Notes: a model not told the origin generated them from the letters alone. Shown: positions 14,496 to 27,884, numbered from the stretch's first letter. The stretch is 64,000 nucleotides of DNA from Paraspadella gotoi (GCA_051294375.1 CM119263.1:20550115-20614114), one strand, 5' to 3'. Numbers and translations are program-made.

Positions 14496-15034
14496 TGGCA
14501 TTGATTTTAACTGACAGAATCTATTAAGTAAAATATTACAAAATCACGTGTAAGGAAAAAGTTTCCAATTAGTATTAATTTTTCAATTTAAGCGCAGACA
14601 TCCAATGAAAAATTGAGCATGTGAAACTAAAAATAATTTTTTAGCATCCTATTAGGAAGAAGTAATTAGTTCCAGCTTGAAATTTATACGTAATTAAATA
14701 AGGAGCTTTTTTATCAAAAGAATTTGTAAAAAAAAAAAGAGAGACAGAAGCGTTATGAAGAAAACCTTTTTTTAGCCTCCAGTTTTCTTAGGGTCCCTTA
14801 GGTCATATGTCAAGCAAACAAGTTCCGGGAACCTAATTGAGAAATTTGAGACTTGAGACTCAAGGGAACTTACAAAATATGAGATTAATTATTAAGGGAT
14901 TAATAAAATGATTGTTAATGAAAGAAAATTAAAAAAATATATATATATCTAGGACGTTTAATCAATTCCATTGATGATATAAAGCCTTTAATCTCACCGA
15001 CACTTTTTAGAGAAGAAACACTTGTCATTTTGTT

Positions 15035-18000
15035 TCAGGCTAAAATCCTTTTGCACCCGGATCTGGTGCAGACGTAAGTGTATTCGCTGTCGCCCCTTGA
15101 CGTGACGACGACCGCTTTATCGTCTTCGTTTGTTTTTTGTTCGATCCCCTGACTCCACTTTTTTTTTTCTTTCTTCACCGCGTCGTTTTTCGCGGGCGCT
15201 TCTTTCGAGTCATTGGTTTTGACGATCTCGTTTAGGACAAATGTCCCTTTACCGCCGCTCTCTCCGCCGACCTCGCCCGGCACTGACAATCCGTCGCCGT
15301 CGACGGACCCTTGCCGGCTCACGGGGATCGATCTGCACCCAGATCGCGTGCACACGTACACGCTCTCCCCGGCGTCGTCGTGGGCAGTGACGCGAATCTC
15401 GGCGACGGAGGCGGCGACGACGGCGCCGTCGACAACCTCGACGTAGTGGGCGTGGTCGATGAGACCCAGGGCCTTGAGCGCCCGGATGAGGCGCGTCTGG
15501 TTTCGCGTCTTCAGCGCCGAAGCGGCGCGCTTCTGAAAGACGGTGGATCTCTTAAGGAGGAGGACGGGGCCAGCCAGTTGGCGCAGCTGGCAGAAGGAGG
15601 AGACGTAGAGGAGGAAGAGGAGGAAGCGAAATTTGGACCAATCAACGCCCTCGATGAGTTGATAGTAGAAATAAAATGACATCAAGGGCGCCTGGGGTAA
15701 GGGCAGGGGAAGAAGAGAGACAGAAGAAGGAAATTAAAGAAAGAGGAAAACTAAAGTCCGATTTATAGTTATACAACTAAAGAAACCAGAGGAAAAATAG
15801 AAAAAATACATTTATATTTCGAAATAAAAAGAAAACTAGTAAAAAAAATCTTAAAAGCATAAGGATCGAGCCAGCTTTCGATGGTAACCAAATATTGATT
15901 TGATGATAACCAAGTATTGATGCGATGATAATCAAATATTGATGCGATGATAATCATTCATTGATACGATGATAGTCATTCATTGATGCGATGATAGTCA
16001 TTCATTGACGCGATGAATCATTCGTCGTAAATTTTGTTTTTGTTAATACCAGAAAAGGCAAAAAATATATATATATATAATTTTTAAAAAATGTCACAAC
16101 CGTTTACAATTGTTATTGCCTTTTTTGTTTGTTAATTAAAACTTTTTCCGAAAAAAAAGAAAGACAAAAAAAGTTACAATTGTTTACAATTAGAAATTGT
16201 TACAATTTTTTTAATTGGAAGTTGTAAAAGTGTATATTTTTATTTGTAATAATAATCATCATCATCATCAAGTACTTTTAAAATCACATGTTTTATATTG
16301 ATTCAAGTATTTTGAATTTGTTTGAATTTCTATTTTATTATGATTTACTGCAATATGCAAATTAAAATATAGTTTACTATATACTAATTTGATATTGCAG
16401 TAAGTGCTATAATCTAATTTGCATATTGCAGTAAATTATAATGAAGTGGAAATTCAAACAAAAAATACTTTATTCGATATGAAACAAAGAAAATGGACAC
16501 ACCTCACTGCCTCACTAATGGAACTTGATAACTAGAAACATTGTTTGGTAGTTATTCCATAAACCGGCAAAAATAGGCAGTAAAAAATGATCGGCATATA
16601 GCATACAATCCCGCATATTCAAATTATCCACACACAAAATTCCATTCCAATCCATCCATCCATGTTTTTTTGCTAAGGTGGGACGGACGGACGGACGGAC
16701 TGACGGACATCGTTTTTTTTGCATAATTTATCATAATTCGATGTTCTGACATGATATAAGTGAGTGCCCGACAATATTGAGGGGGCGGACCGATGGACCG
16801 ACAAAGTGAATTATAGAGTCGGGATCTGCTGAAAGCTGAAAGCAGAAAGCAGATCCGACTAAAAATAATCAGAATTTTTCAAAAAACGAACATTCACGAA
16901 AGAGATCGTACAGAGAGAGACAGACACACGGAGAGAGACGGAGAGAGAGAGAAAGAGAGAGCCTGAACTCGTTTTTAAACGATTCAGAAAAGGTAGCGCC
17001 TGATTCATTTTTTTTTCTTTAGAAAGAAAAAAATAATTAGAATTTTTCAAAAAACAAACGATCATGCAAGAGATGGTACAGAGAGAGACAGAGAGAGAGA
17101 AAAAGCCTAAACTCGTTTTTAAACGATTCAAAAAAAGAAAAAAAAAGATATATAATTTGAATAAATAAAAGAAAGGCAAAAAATGTTAAATTGTTTACAA
17201 TTAGAAATTGTTACATTTTTTTCAATCATAGCTTGTAAAAGATTTTTATTTTTATTTGTATTAAAATTAAGATATAGCTTCTCATTAAAAAGGTCCTTTG
17301 ATTTCCCATTTTTATTATAGATTTAAAATTTTTTTTTAAATTTCATCTTCAATATTATATACTGCAATATGTAAATTAGATTAAAGCATTTTTATATACT
17401 AATTTGGATATTATAATGAGTACTATAATCTTCATTTGCATATTGCAGTAAATCATAATGAATTTGAAATTCAAACAAAAAATACTTAAATCCAAATGTA
17501 ATAAGAAAATATCAAAGTTATTTCAAGATGAGAAGCCATATCTAAATTTTTAACTTACTATGATCGCACACTTTTGTAAAACTTTATTATAATTAAGAAG
17601 GCTTGCATCCAAAGCCGAAACATGTACGTTTATATGATAAAATAAAATTCGTTGTGAAACAAAATCATTTTGCCCCAATTAATAATAATTTTTATTTAAA
17701 AAAAAACAGTAAGTCCCAGCCAAACCTAAAAAGCGTAGTAATTTTTATATAAAAACAGCGTGACGCCGACGACGACGACGACGTCGTCACAGAGAAGAAT
17801 CCTAAATCATTATAGAGCCAGGACCAGGCGAAGTTAGATCCACGGATACAAAAAGAATCTGCACAACGACGATACAATAAACCTTAAAATTCTCGACTCA
17901 CGTCGGCGAGAAGGGGAACGACCAACTGCAATCCGACGGTTACCCTCGATTTATCGATCAAATTCCTCAGAATCGCGCACTGAGATCGAAACTTGTGGCG

Positions 18001-18675
18001 GCGCATGTGGACGAGCGAAGCGACGTCGAAGGCGACGGCGATGACCGTGGTGATGACGAAAACGACGAGGATGGCGTCCAGGGCGGCGACGTCGATATTG
18101 GCGTCGCTGGTCGACGGCCACGAGATCAGATGGCGGGAGAATCGGCAGACGACGCCCATCGTCACAACCGACGCCAAGGTCCACGAGGCCGCCACCATCG
18201 CCTTCGCGACTCGTTTGTCGTATGCCGAAGCAGCGGAGCCGCATATTTTGATCGAACGCAGCGCCGAATTGACTGAGCGAAAACAAAAGGACAGCGTTTG
18301 GTTGAGGGTCAACGCGGCGAAGTCCATCGTGGCCGCCACGCCTAGAAGATGGTCCGGGCAAATGGCGAGCGAGACTCGGGAAAAGACTCGCAGAGCTGGG
18401 ATCGCGGCGCTGGCGAAAGCGTCCGATCCAGCGGTGTGAAGCTGCGAGCCGAGGATGTCGGCGTCGTCGGCGGCGCGGTGGACGAAAACGACGAGAGAGT
18501 TGAGGACGCAGCCGAAGATGATGACGACGGCTTCGTAGGAGAAGAGGAAATAATCGAGGGTGGTGAGAGGGTAGGAGTCTGAACAAGGTGAGGAGGTGTG
18601 GTTCAAGACATTGGGGGTTGAATCGAAGTTAGTTAAGTTAGTTAAATTGGATTTAGATCTATTTAAAGACGCCAT
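15035..18675 (-). CDS. Divergent rhodopsin-like (class A) 7TM GPCR, about 476 aa. Exons 18675-17902 and 15691-15035
   Basis: N-glycosylated N-terminus (NRS, NLT, NHT). TM1 GCVLNSLVV, TM2 SDA, DRY-position ALRSIKIC, TM4 ASW. The donor GAC|gtgagt and acceptor ccccag|GCG are both phase 0 and join VPLLAD-APLMSF (TM6). TM7/helix 8 reads GPVLLLKRSTVFQK. Confidence 0.72.
15893..16022. repeat. Minisatellite, about 22-23 bp unit (ATTGATGCGATGATARTCATTC)
   Basis: About 6 degenerate tandem units visible in the GPCR intron. Confidence 0.85.
16170..17490. repeat. Two diverged direct copies (about 16170-16470 and 17185-17490) of an AT-rich, internally palindromic repeat
   Basis: Shared GTTTACAATTAGAAATTGTTACA and the inverted pair ACTGCAATATG(C/T)AAATTA...ATTTGCATATTGCAGTAAAT. 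Confidence 0.6.
16630..16865 (-). mobile_element. DINE-1/Helentron-type (HINE) family A, 5' portion
   Basis: Reverse complement of 35234-35460: AGTCGGATCTGC...CAGCAGATCCCGAC, core sequence and (GTCC)n. Confidence 0.8.
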
Positions 18676-19650
18676 TATTATTTATATTAATTATTTCCTT
18701 CATTTCTATTCATTTTTCACAATCCACATCGCTTCGTTTAGCAAAATTGACCAGAAAGCGGAACGGAGGACGAATGCTAGGACTGACGTCATGATTATCC
18801 GCTTATCTGCCGAATCAAACGCTTTCAGCTCATAATCCGAATCCTGACTAAAGATTATCGGAAAACCGAATTGTGGTGTTTGGACAAAATCATGCCCTTT
18901 AAAATGTTATCGTTGCTTTTTTTGCTCCACAATATCTTGCATAATGGTGCACATGAATGGATATGATTTTATATCTATCTTTTAATAGCTTTATGTTAAT
19001 TTTACTAGTTCTATTTTTTCCTTTAAGGAGACGAATAATTTATTTGCAACAACAATGTCTATTTTTTCATTAAAATCAGATTTTAATCCTATTTTTCGAG
19101 AAAAAAGACTAAGTTCGCCAATTCGTCTAAATAGTAGCTAAACCATAAAATGATCTAGATTTGAATCAAAATCCAAAACCTGGGGTGAGAAAAATAACAC
19201 TAAAAAGGTGAGGCGACTTACTTTGTGTCACAAAGCGAGAGACCATGAACCCCTGAGTGGTTAAATCTCAATTTGGTCATTTCTTAATGTGTGTTAAAAC
19301 TTTTTCCGTGGTTGCGACGAGCGGACGGCTACGGCTGAGGATGACCCATCTTTAATGGCCCCCAAAATCCTGGACACGCAAGCAATCATTGGACGATAAG
19401 ACGAGTCGAGACTAAACATTTTTTTATTTTAAAGAAAATCCATTTCCTTTTGATCATAAAAATCCTTTTCCCGTAAAATCTTCTCCCATTCATCTCCGAA
19501 AGACAGATGTTTCTATCGTCATAAAAAAAAATAATTTTTATAAAAACTACGTCAAACGTAGATTTGTTTTTATTGGAGGATAAAAACAACACAATTAATA
19601 GACCCCACCCAAGATTAAAAAAGAAATTTAAAAAAAACTTCTTTCAAAAA

Positions 19651-22475
19651 ATGTTGAGTGCGGATCCCGAAACGGATACGATTTCCGTCGACGGAGAGAT
19701 GCCCAGCGTATCCTCTCCGCCGAAACCGCGGGGCCGAAAAGTAAAACCGGCGACGCCGCCGACGGTGTTGCGGGGCGCTGGGGTGCCAGTTCGAAGCGTC
19801 GACGGTCGTATCCTCACGTTTTGCGATGACGCCGACGTCTACTACGAGCATCTGGAGGCCTGGGTCGCCGGAAGTCGATCTTCTCGCCCCTCGAACGTAT
19901 CGTCGACGAGATCCGTATTTGCCTACAGGGGAAATCCTCACAACAACAACAGACGAAGACCAAAAGCGCTGCGGCCGCTAAGAATCCCGAGATACGAAGG
20001 TTGTGTTCGATTCTATCATAGTTTTAAATTGGCGTAAAGTATAGAAAAACATTTTAAAACCTAGTTAGGTAACTTAGCCTCCTTATTTGAACTACCGGAT
20101 AGAACTACAGATAGATCGTCAGAAATACAAACTGATCGAGAATTGATTGTTCAAAGTTCTTCATGCGCATCTCAGGCGCCATTCCAACCACCGTTGCCGT
20201 TACCTCGCCCGCGGCGTCAAAGCGCGCCGCCAGCGTCTTCAGCGACCTTAGTGCCACTTCCGTCAAAACCGAACCGGCGACGCGACATGCTGGAGTTAGA
20301 CTTAAGGTAAAGCGTGGAGGAAGAAAAAATATAGTCAGATAATAGATAACTTCGTGCCGTGATTGGGAGGCTCAGCTTCCTGTTTTTGTTTAAAACATTC
20401 CTCAGGAAGAGGTGGGGCTTCGAAAGGGTTTTTTTTTTTCTACGCAGTTGAACAGGCTTCATTGGTTTGGATGTAAAAAAAAGGAAGGGGGGGACGCGAA
20501 CGAGGGACTGGAGGAGAAATTAAAAAAAGCTAAAATCGTCATCATTAAGAAAAAAGTTCTCTCCGAAACATTAGTGATTAAAAATTTATTGGGTGATTAA
20601 ATTTAAAAATCGATAGAATAAACAGGTTAAGATTAATTTGAAAATTATGTTTAGATGTTTTAAACTGTGTAACTGGATAAGGATCGTTTATGTTTTGCAA
20701 GTATGCTATCAAGAATAATTAACAAACAGCCTTATGCACCAACGCAGCCACTCCTACATCGCGAAAATTCTCGCAGCGTCCCACTCGTTGGATCTCCGAG
20801 AATTCCCGGTGTCATTATTGACAACGAGGACGACGATGAAAATTCGTTTCCCCCTAGTGTCAGCGAATTAGCAAGGTACCGATTAAATAAAAGACACGAT
20901 TCAATGCTGATTTTAGTTATTTGTCAGTAATGTAATTTTTTACTTATAGCTGGAAATTGATACAATCAATATCTTACAGCAGATTCCGGCTCTATAATTC
21001 ACATTGTCGGTCCGTCGGTCCGCCCCCCAATCTTGTCGGGCATTCACTTATATCATGTTAGAACATCGAATTATGATAAATTATGTCCGTCCATCTGTCT
21101 GTCTGTCTGTCAGTCCGTCCGTCCCACCTTAACAAAAAACACCAATTACTCGTGATTTGATGGATGGATTGGTATGAAATTTTTTGTGTGGGTAGGAAAG
21201 TGAGTGATTTAGTTGAAAATCAAATTTCGATAGAATCGTCCAAGTGGAAAGGAGTTTAAATGGAAAAAACAAAAAAAGTATATTTTACCATTTGAACGCC
21301 AATTACTCATGAATGAATGGGGCCATTGAGTTTAAATTTTGTATGTGGGTGGAAAAGTGTGTGATTGAGCAGGAAATAAAGTTTCGATAAAATCGTCCAA
21401 GTGGAAATGAGTTAAAATGGAAAAAAAACAAAACAAAAAACAACATTATGTTTTTTTTATTTTTATATTAAATGTAAATTCAAGCTGCATTAATTAATTA
21501 TTAATAAATAAAGTAATTAATTAATTATTAATTATTTGTAATTAATAAATTATTAATTATTTGTAATTAATTAATTATTTAAATTTGTGATCGAGATTGT
21601 TGTTTTGTGATTGAGAGGCGAGACAAAGTGGAAAACGATTTTGACACAAATTAAAAAAAATAATATTAATTATTTGATTAATTAATAATCTGATCAGCTG
21701 TTTACCGCTAATGATCGTGGGCAGATCCGGCATTGTTTGCTCAAACTTGTTTATTATTAAAAAAAAGCTAACATTTCTCATGACTTACTACATTATATAT
21801 TAGTTGGACCCTTTCATTAATATTCCAATATGATATCATGTTCCCTTCTCTCTTCCAGTCGCCGTTCCTCCAACGTCACTCAGATCTCCCTTCTTCGTCG
21901 CCATCTTTGCCGATCTGGTTTAGGTTCCGACGCCGCCTCTCTCACAAATGGCGCTATCGACGCCGGTTCCATATCCGAGAACCCCCTCGTCGACGCCGTG
22001 GCGGAACTCGTCGCGGAAACGATCGACGCCGTCGCCATTCCCGACGGCGCAAGTCGAAAACTCGCTGCTCTGCTGCGTAGAAAAAGCGGCGCGGAGACGG
22101 CGTCGTCCTGTCTGCTCGGTCAACTCGACGAGGAGCGATTGCGGGTGGTGGCGACGCTGGGTCGTGCTGCGGCCGAGTTAAGGCACGTCGCGCATCTGGG
22201 ACAAGATGTCGCTTCTAGTGACGCCGCCGATATGTCGATTATATCTACGTGGCGTCGGCTTGTAGGATTCGGCGCCGCTTTGGCCGAAGATGGCGTCGTT
22301 GCGGAATCGACGTCGGTGGCGCTGGCGGCGTCGTTGCGTCGGGCCGTCGCCGTGAAATTGTATCCCGTCATCTTGAAGGCGGCGCTGCTACGGGACGACG
22401 ACTTCAAGGAAGCGCAACACGTGACATTTTACTCTGATCAGTTCGGGGAATCCAAGTTTCTTATCGGTGGGGTTT

Positions 22476-22533
<58 letters not shown>

Positions 22534-25500
22534 AGAGAGAGAGAGAGAGATAATATAATAGACATAATGACAAAGAGAAACAAAGAAAATAAGATAAATA
22601 AAAACAAAGAAACAAAAACTGTAGTCGGGCATTGCCTAGGTTCACCCTGCCTATAAGCATAACACTTTCAGTTGTTACCCGTAGCTCATTGAGTAAAGCC
22701 ATCAGCTCATGACCACTAAGTCCCGGGTTCTACCCCAACCCGGTACCTACCCTGCGGGAAACGTGAGAATGGCCGTAAGCCGCCTTGGGGGCGTGGCAAA
22801 CCCTCAAGCCTGGTTCTAAGCTGCTAGATGGGGTTATCGAAGTTACGGATAGTCATCTTCAGCGCCTTATCCACAAAACTAAGAAAAAAAAGCTTAAAGA
22901 GAAAAAGAAAGAAGTATAAAAAAAAACAAAGAGTGAAAGAAAGAAAGAAATAAAAAAAGAAACAAACAAAGTAAATACTATGACATAATTTGACGAAAGC
23001 GACGTTCTTTAAAATTAAGTTGATATTAACAAATTTCATTCTCAACCGAAGTTTTACAATCACCAACCAATATTTTTTTTAAATACGCAATTTTTTCTTA
23101 ACTTCATCATCCGGCTTTTCCCGGTTGATGCTCCTCCTTTTCACTTAATCGTTGTCGAAAGAACTTTTTAAAACTATTCGAGCCGTTGACACTCGCAGGC
23201 TCCGACAACTGGGAACTCCTCAACCTCCCTTGTCAAACGTCCGTCAAAATCTACGAAAGAGTCAGGGAAAAAATCTCCGACGCTGCAGCCGCTTCCGCCA
23301 TCGCCGCCTCCGCCTCCGCAGCAAACTTCCGCGAAAAGTTCCGACGCCAATCTCTCCATCATCGAGGGATTCAAGCCTTCGCCGCCGAACACTCTCTCCA
23401 CCAGGGCGGCGTCTTTGTCTGCAGCGAATCCGCCCTCGACGTCGTCGTCCCCGTCGTCGCCGATTTGGGATTTGGAGAGGAGAATGTCAAGACGATCCCG
23501 GTGGACGAAGTCGGCCGATTCAATCTTCAGGTCGGTGAAATGGAATTCGGGCGGATCAGTCTTGAGGTCGGGGAAATGAAATTCCAGCGGCTGACGTCAC
23601 TCGCTTATTTTCTTCTTTAGTAAAATAGAAAGAAAACTCATTAACTGTCAACGAGTGAGATTTAAATTGGTATTTTGAGAATGTTTCGTTCCGTTTCTCC
23701 GAGTCCAACGCCCTCAGAATCCTCATCTTCATTTTCATCTTTATTTTAATCCTCATCCTCAATCTTCCTCCACTTTTTTTTTCTTTCCCGAAAAGTTATA
23801 AATCCTACAAACGTCAGATGTAAAATTAAATTGAATAGAAAAAAAAACCAAAAAAAACTACAAACAATTCGAAAAGCTTTAGTTGTGAAACGCTTTTCAC
23901 CTTCCACTCCCCCTCCCCCCTCGGCCGACGACAGGCTCTTTCCCAACAGCTTCTCCTCTGCGAGAAACTCCGCGTGCCCGTCTTCGCCGTCGTCGTCTTC
24001 GTCCATTCCGACGGCGCATGCTTGGAGCCTCTCGCCGACCTTCAACGACTTAGACTCGACATGGCCAAAGCCGGCGTCTCCTTTTGGATCCACGGGGTGG
24101 TGGAGGCCGACGCGGCCATGGTCATGTCGCTCAACGACGCGAACGAGGAAGACGTCGAGTGTGCGGCGCTGTGGCGGCGGCATCTGCTCGGCAGCGGCGT
24201 GGACGAGGCGCTGCGGGCCGTAAGCGCCTTCGAGAGTCTGAGCCTCGATCCGAATCTTTATCGCGGGGAGAGGACGAGGATTTTGTTGTATCACGAATCG
24301 TGTCAGACGTCGGTGGAAATGGCGGGGAAATTGGCGGGCGGAACAGAGTCAGACGATGAGGATGAAGATAATTCTGACAGTGAGACACGCCATGCTGATA
24401 TTTTAGAAGGTATCATATATTTTTTTATAATTTTTATACTAATTTTACTCTCTTTTTACACAAAAAAATTTATAAGGAATCATGTTCGTCCGCCGATCTA
24501 ATTCGTCGATTTTTTTGACAACACCTTGCGATATTAAAAAAGTCGTGCTTTCATAACACCAAACTGTCATAAATCACTTGTTGGCACGTTAATTAGACCA
24601 TAAGAAACATTCACAAGGAGTCGGGCGGATGTGCCTTTAAATATAGATTTACAATGCACCTAAGTTAAATAACTTTCACATAAATTTTTTATTAAACTAC
24701 GGAGGTATTTTTGGGAAAAAAAAACTAGTTTGAACTGGTAATTTTGAAAGTATTCGAGTGGACTGTTAAGATTTGAAAAATAAGATAGGAAATAAATTCT
24801 AGAAGAATAGAAATATCTATTTCATTTAAGAATTAAAATGTAATTGGTCAAACAATATTACAGCTCACGCTCACGTTATAATTCGCAAAATGTTAAACGT
24901 AATTGTTTTCATCTATTCTGACGTCAGGAATAAAGCTCTCCTACGCCCTCATCGGCGGTTTGACTTCTCACTCTATGGCGTCACACTTAGCCTCAAAGTT
25001 GGCGACGGCCCGCGTCTTCTTCGCTTTTGTCTTCGGCTCGCTAGGAGGCGATGACCTCGACGAATTCGAAATGAGGCTCGTTAACGGCGTGGCCGGAAAC
25101 TGGATTTCTACCGGTACGACCAGAAATAAAAAAGTTTTACTATTTAAGTACAAAAAGCTTTATAATTTATAGCTATGCGTGATTTTTTAAAACAGTCTTT
25201 TTTTAAAATTAACTAGAAGCCTATAAACATCTTTTTAGGAAAATCGAAAGGAACAGGCGTCCCGCCATTTAAAACGGTTGACGACTTGTTAAAGAGCAAC
25301 AAAGGTTTACTACTTCCGTTTTTGGCAAATGGACCACAACTGTTCGCCTTTCATTTCGGGATCAATCTTAAAGGTAGTTGAGATTCAGAGAAAGGAATAA
25401 ATATTAACCTCAATATAATTATAAATTTTAAAAGGTAACCAAGAATCTAGCATTCAAAAACGATTGACGCTTCGATTGCGTCAAAGATGGCGGCGTTGGA

Positions 25501-27589
25501 TCCTGGAAAACCCCGATTTCGAGAGCGACCTCTTTCGATTCTCGACTTCGATTTGGAACAAAAGGACAAACGGCGGCCTCTACTCGGCGTTGAAGAGGAA
25601 TCTAAGAATCAAAGACGAATGGACGTCCAATATTGTCACGGGATCGAAGACGGAGCGAATATCCGGTATATGTTTATTTACGTATGTTTAATTTATGTAA
25701 AAAAACATTCGTTGCGTGGGAGAGAAAAGTGGGAGAGAGAACTTCCTCATTAGTAATTGCATCGAAAATATTTTTAGAAACAGCAATTTGACCGTTATTA
25801 TTATTAAGGAAGTATATATATTTTTTTATACCAATAAAAACAGGAGCGACGATAAAGTTTTGCGATGTTGCTTCGATGTCGGTAGCGGTCACGCGGCCCT
25901 TGACTTTTCCTCTGCCCACGACTCTTTCCTTCTTGAGATCCGCCCTCAGAAACGAACTCCTTCAAACCTGCGCAGAATTTCTCGAGTCCCCGACGAGGCA
26001 CGAGTTTGTCATCTTAACCAGAGTCGACGATAGAGGTCATTTCAGGCGGGAGGCGCCTTTTTAAATCTTTTTTTTTTAAATAAGAGTTGGGGACAAAAGA
26101 TAAACAAAGCGGTAGACGAGTTCGTACTTGAGAAATGCAGTTCCAGAAGGTGGCCTTCGGAAGATTGATCGACAATTAATGCTTCGTAAATTGTAAAAAT
26201 TTTCAGGTCGTTTCTTCGCGGAGCATCTGATCAAATTCCAAAATCGAAATTCCGGTTATCACGCGATTCTCGAATTCGAACTCGCGACCAGCGACGTAAT
26301 AGACGCTGTCCGACGTGAGCAAGTGAGCGGGAAGACGTGTATTGGCCACGCCCCCTTAAAAATTGGGTTTACCCTCCTCCGCTCGTAGCTTTGTTTCCCT
26401 TCAGTCTAGAAAAGAAAGGAAGGAGAAGAGGAATCATTATCAATATCATCATCACTGTCATTATCATGTAGGATATCTTCGCTAAGGAGACGCGTCAAAA
26501 CAACCCCTTTGTTTTCTTCGCAAACAAATTGGATCTGAGAATGAAGGATGTTTCGGAGTTACGCAATGACTGCTTCGAAGCGGGTATATAAAATGTTATC
26601 TTTTTATTGGTTTTAATAATCGGAATAATGAATAAAACTATTGATAATTTGGCGGAAATAAACAGGAAAAAAATGATCAAAAGTGACCCTGTGTGGCGGC
26701 TGGAAAACGGACAATATATTTATTGTTTTCAAATATTTTACAAATTTAAATTTACTACGGGAAACATGCAATTTTTAATTTTCATTTTCTTTTAAATTGC
26801 ATATCCGAGATAAAAATATTAAAAATTTCAATAAACTAAAAAAGAACAGTTTTCTTATTTTTACAGAATTTTACTTTTCTCATGGACCCGGTTTAAAATC
26901 CTTGACGACGGGTAAAGTTTCCTGTCGGAAAATCGTTCGATGTCAAATCCTCGATCCTGTGGAGGATAAAGCTCCGAAAGGCGGCGCTCTATATTTTCTC
27001 TTCACGGCAGGTTTGATTGAGAGGGCAGGGTGATTTGAGGAGGACTTATTGGGGTGCATAAAATCAATACGACCATTATGAAAAATATCCCTTCATAATT
27101 TGTTCAAGCTATCTGCCAATGACTTGGGACTACGTTTTTGCCATAGCTCTGACTTTGGCAATGTGATAACATTGAATATCATAGTATCCCTCCTCTTATA
27201 GATTCGGCTTCAACTACTGAATGTTATCTCTCTCACGTTGCGACGAAGCTGCCAGATTTTCAGCACGTGTTTAAGCTGAGTCGAATTCCCAACATTCGCA
27301 CAGGTTAATTAAAAAGTTAACTTTCACTACCTACTCTTTGGTAAAGCAACATAATTCTTCTCCAAAAAAAGGGACAATCGTGACGCTTGCCGACATATCA
27401 AGTGAACCGTGTTTGTCGGCGTCCGCCAGTGAAAAGAATCACCAAATCTTCAAAATTCCTCTCACAAAACATCACATGGACGTCTCGTTCACGGACCTCA
27501 AATCGGGATCTTCAGTACAAACGACGATCGCTTTGGATAAAAACGCCGCTCAGTACTTCGATTCGAACAAAATTAATTGGGATACGTGA
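19651..27589 (+). CDS. Group II PLP-dependent decarboxylase homolog (bacterial tyrosine decarboxylase-like), multi-exon, with disordered N-terminus; catalytic motifs degenerate
   Basis: Phase-consistent exons include 19651-19999, about 20176-20306, 20731-20875, 21859-22466, 23199-23530, 23935-24409 and further short exons to 27589. Recalled TyrDC-type motifs align in order: GSDNWELLNLP (cf. KSDWELLNMP), LGFGEENVKTIPVDEVGRFNLQAL, PVFAVVVFV, FWIH, SLSLDP, ILEG. Confidence 0.75.
20977..21748 (+). mobile_element. HINE family A copy
   Basis: CAGCAGATTCCGGC 5' core, (GTCY)n tract, internal tandem units, 3' GGCAGATCCGGC plus GTTTGCTCAAAC stem-loop. Homologous to 35234-36379. Confidence 0.8.
22477..22550. 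repeat. (GA)n microsatellite
   Basis: Directly visible just after the exon donor. Confidence 0.95.
22674..22830 (+). mobile_element. Probable tRNA-derived SINE fragment or tRNA pseudogene
   Basis: A-box-like TAGCTCATTGAGT and B-box-like GGTTCTACCCC within a roughly 74-nt tRNA-like span (GTTACC...GGTACC), followed by a GC-rich body. Single copy in the window. Confidence 0.4.
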
Positions 27590-27884
27590 GAGAATCCGGC
27601 GATAATAAAATATTGTTTAGCTTATTTTTAAATTAAGACATTTGTATTGTATTTGTTTGAGGTTTTATTTATCCTGAACGTCGTTAGTTATAATAATAAT
27701 AAAAATGTTCCGAAGACACGATCGAAAGCAACGCTCAACATCTTCTCGCTCTGGGCAAAGGAACAAAAAAATCCTAGAGGATCAAGTGACAGATAAGAAG
27801 GAAAAGGAAAATCGTACGTGGTTCTCATCGAAAATCGAAAAGGGAGTGTTTGGGGTGGACAGAGGGGTGACGGGGAATGGGAGA

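Noticed and set aside
15035-15685. Stand-alone secreted peptide precursor (hydrophobic N-terminus, KR sites, two YVCTRSGC repeats) next to a receptor
   Set aside because: A phase-0 acceptor at 15692 joins it to the upstream 5-6TM ORF, supplying TM6-TM7 and helix 8. It is better explained as GPCR exon 2.
15893-16022. Short repeat array considered as CRISPR-like
   Set aside because: Contiguous tandem units without unique spacers, in a eukaryotic intron, with no cas genes.
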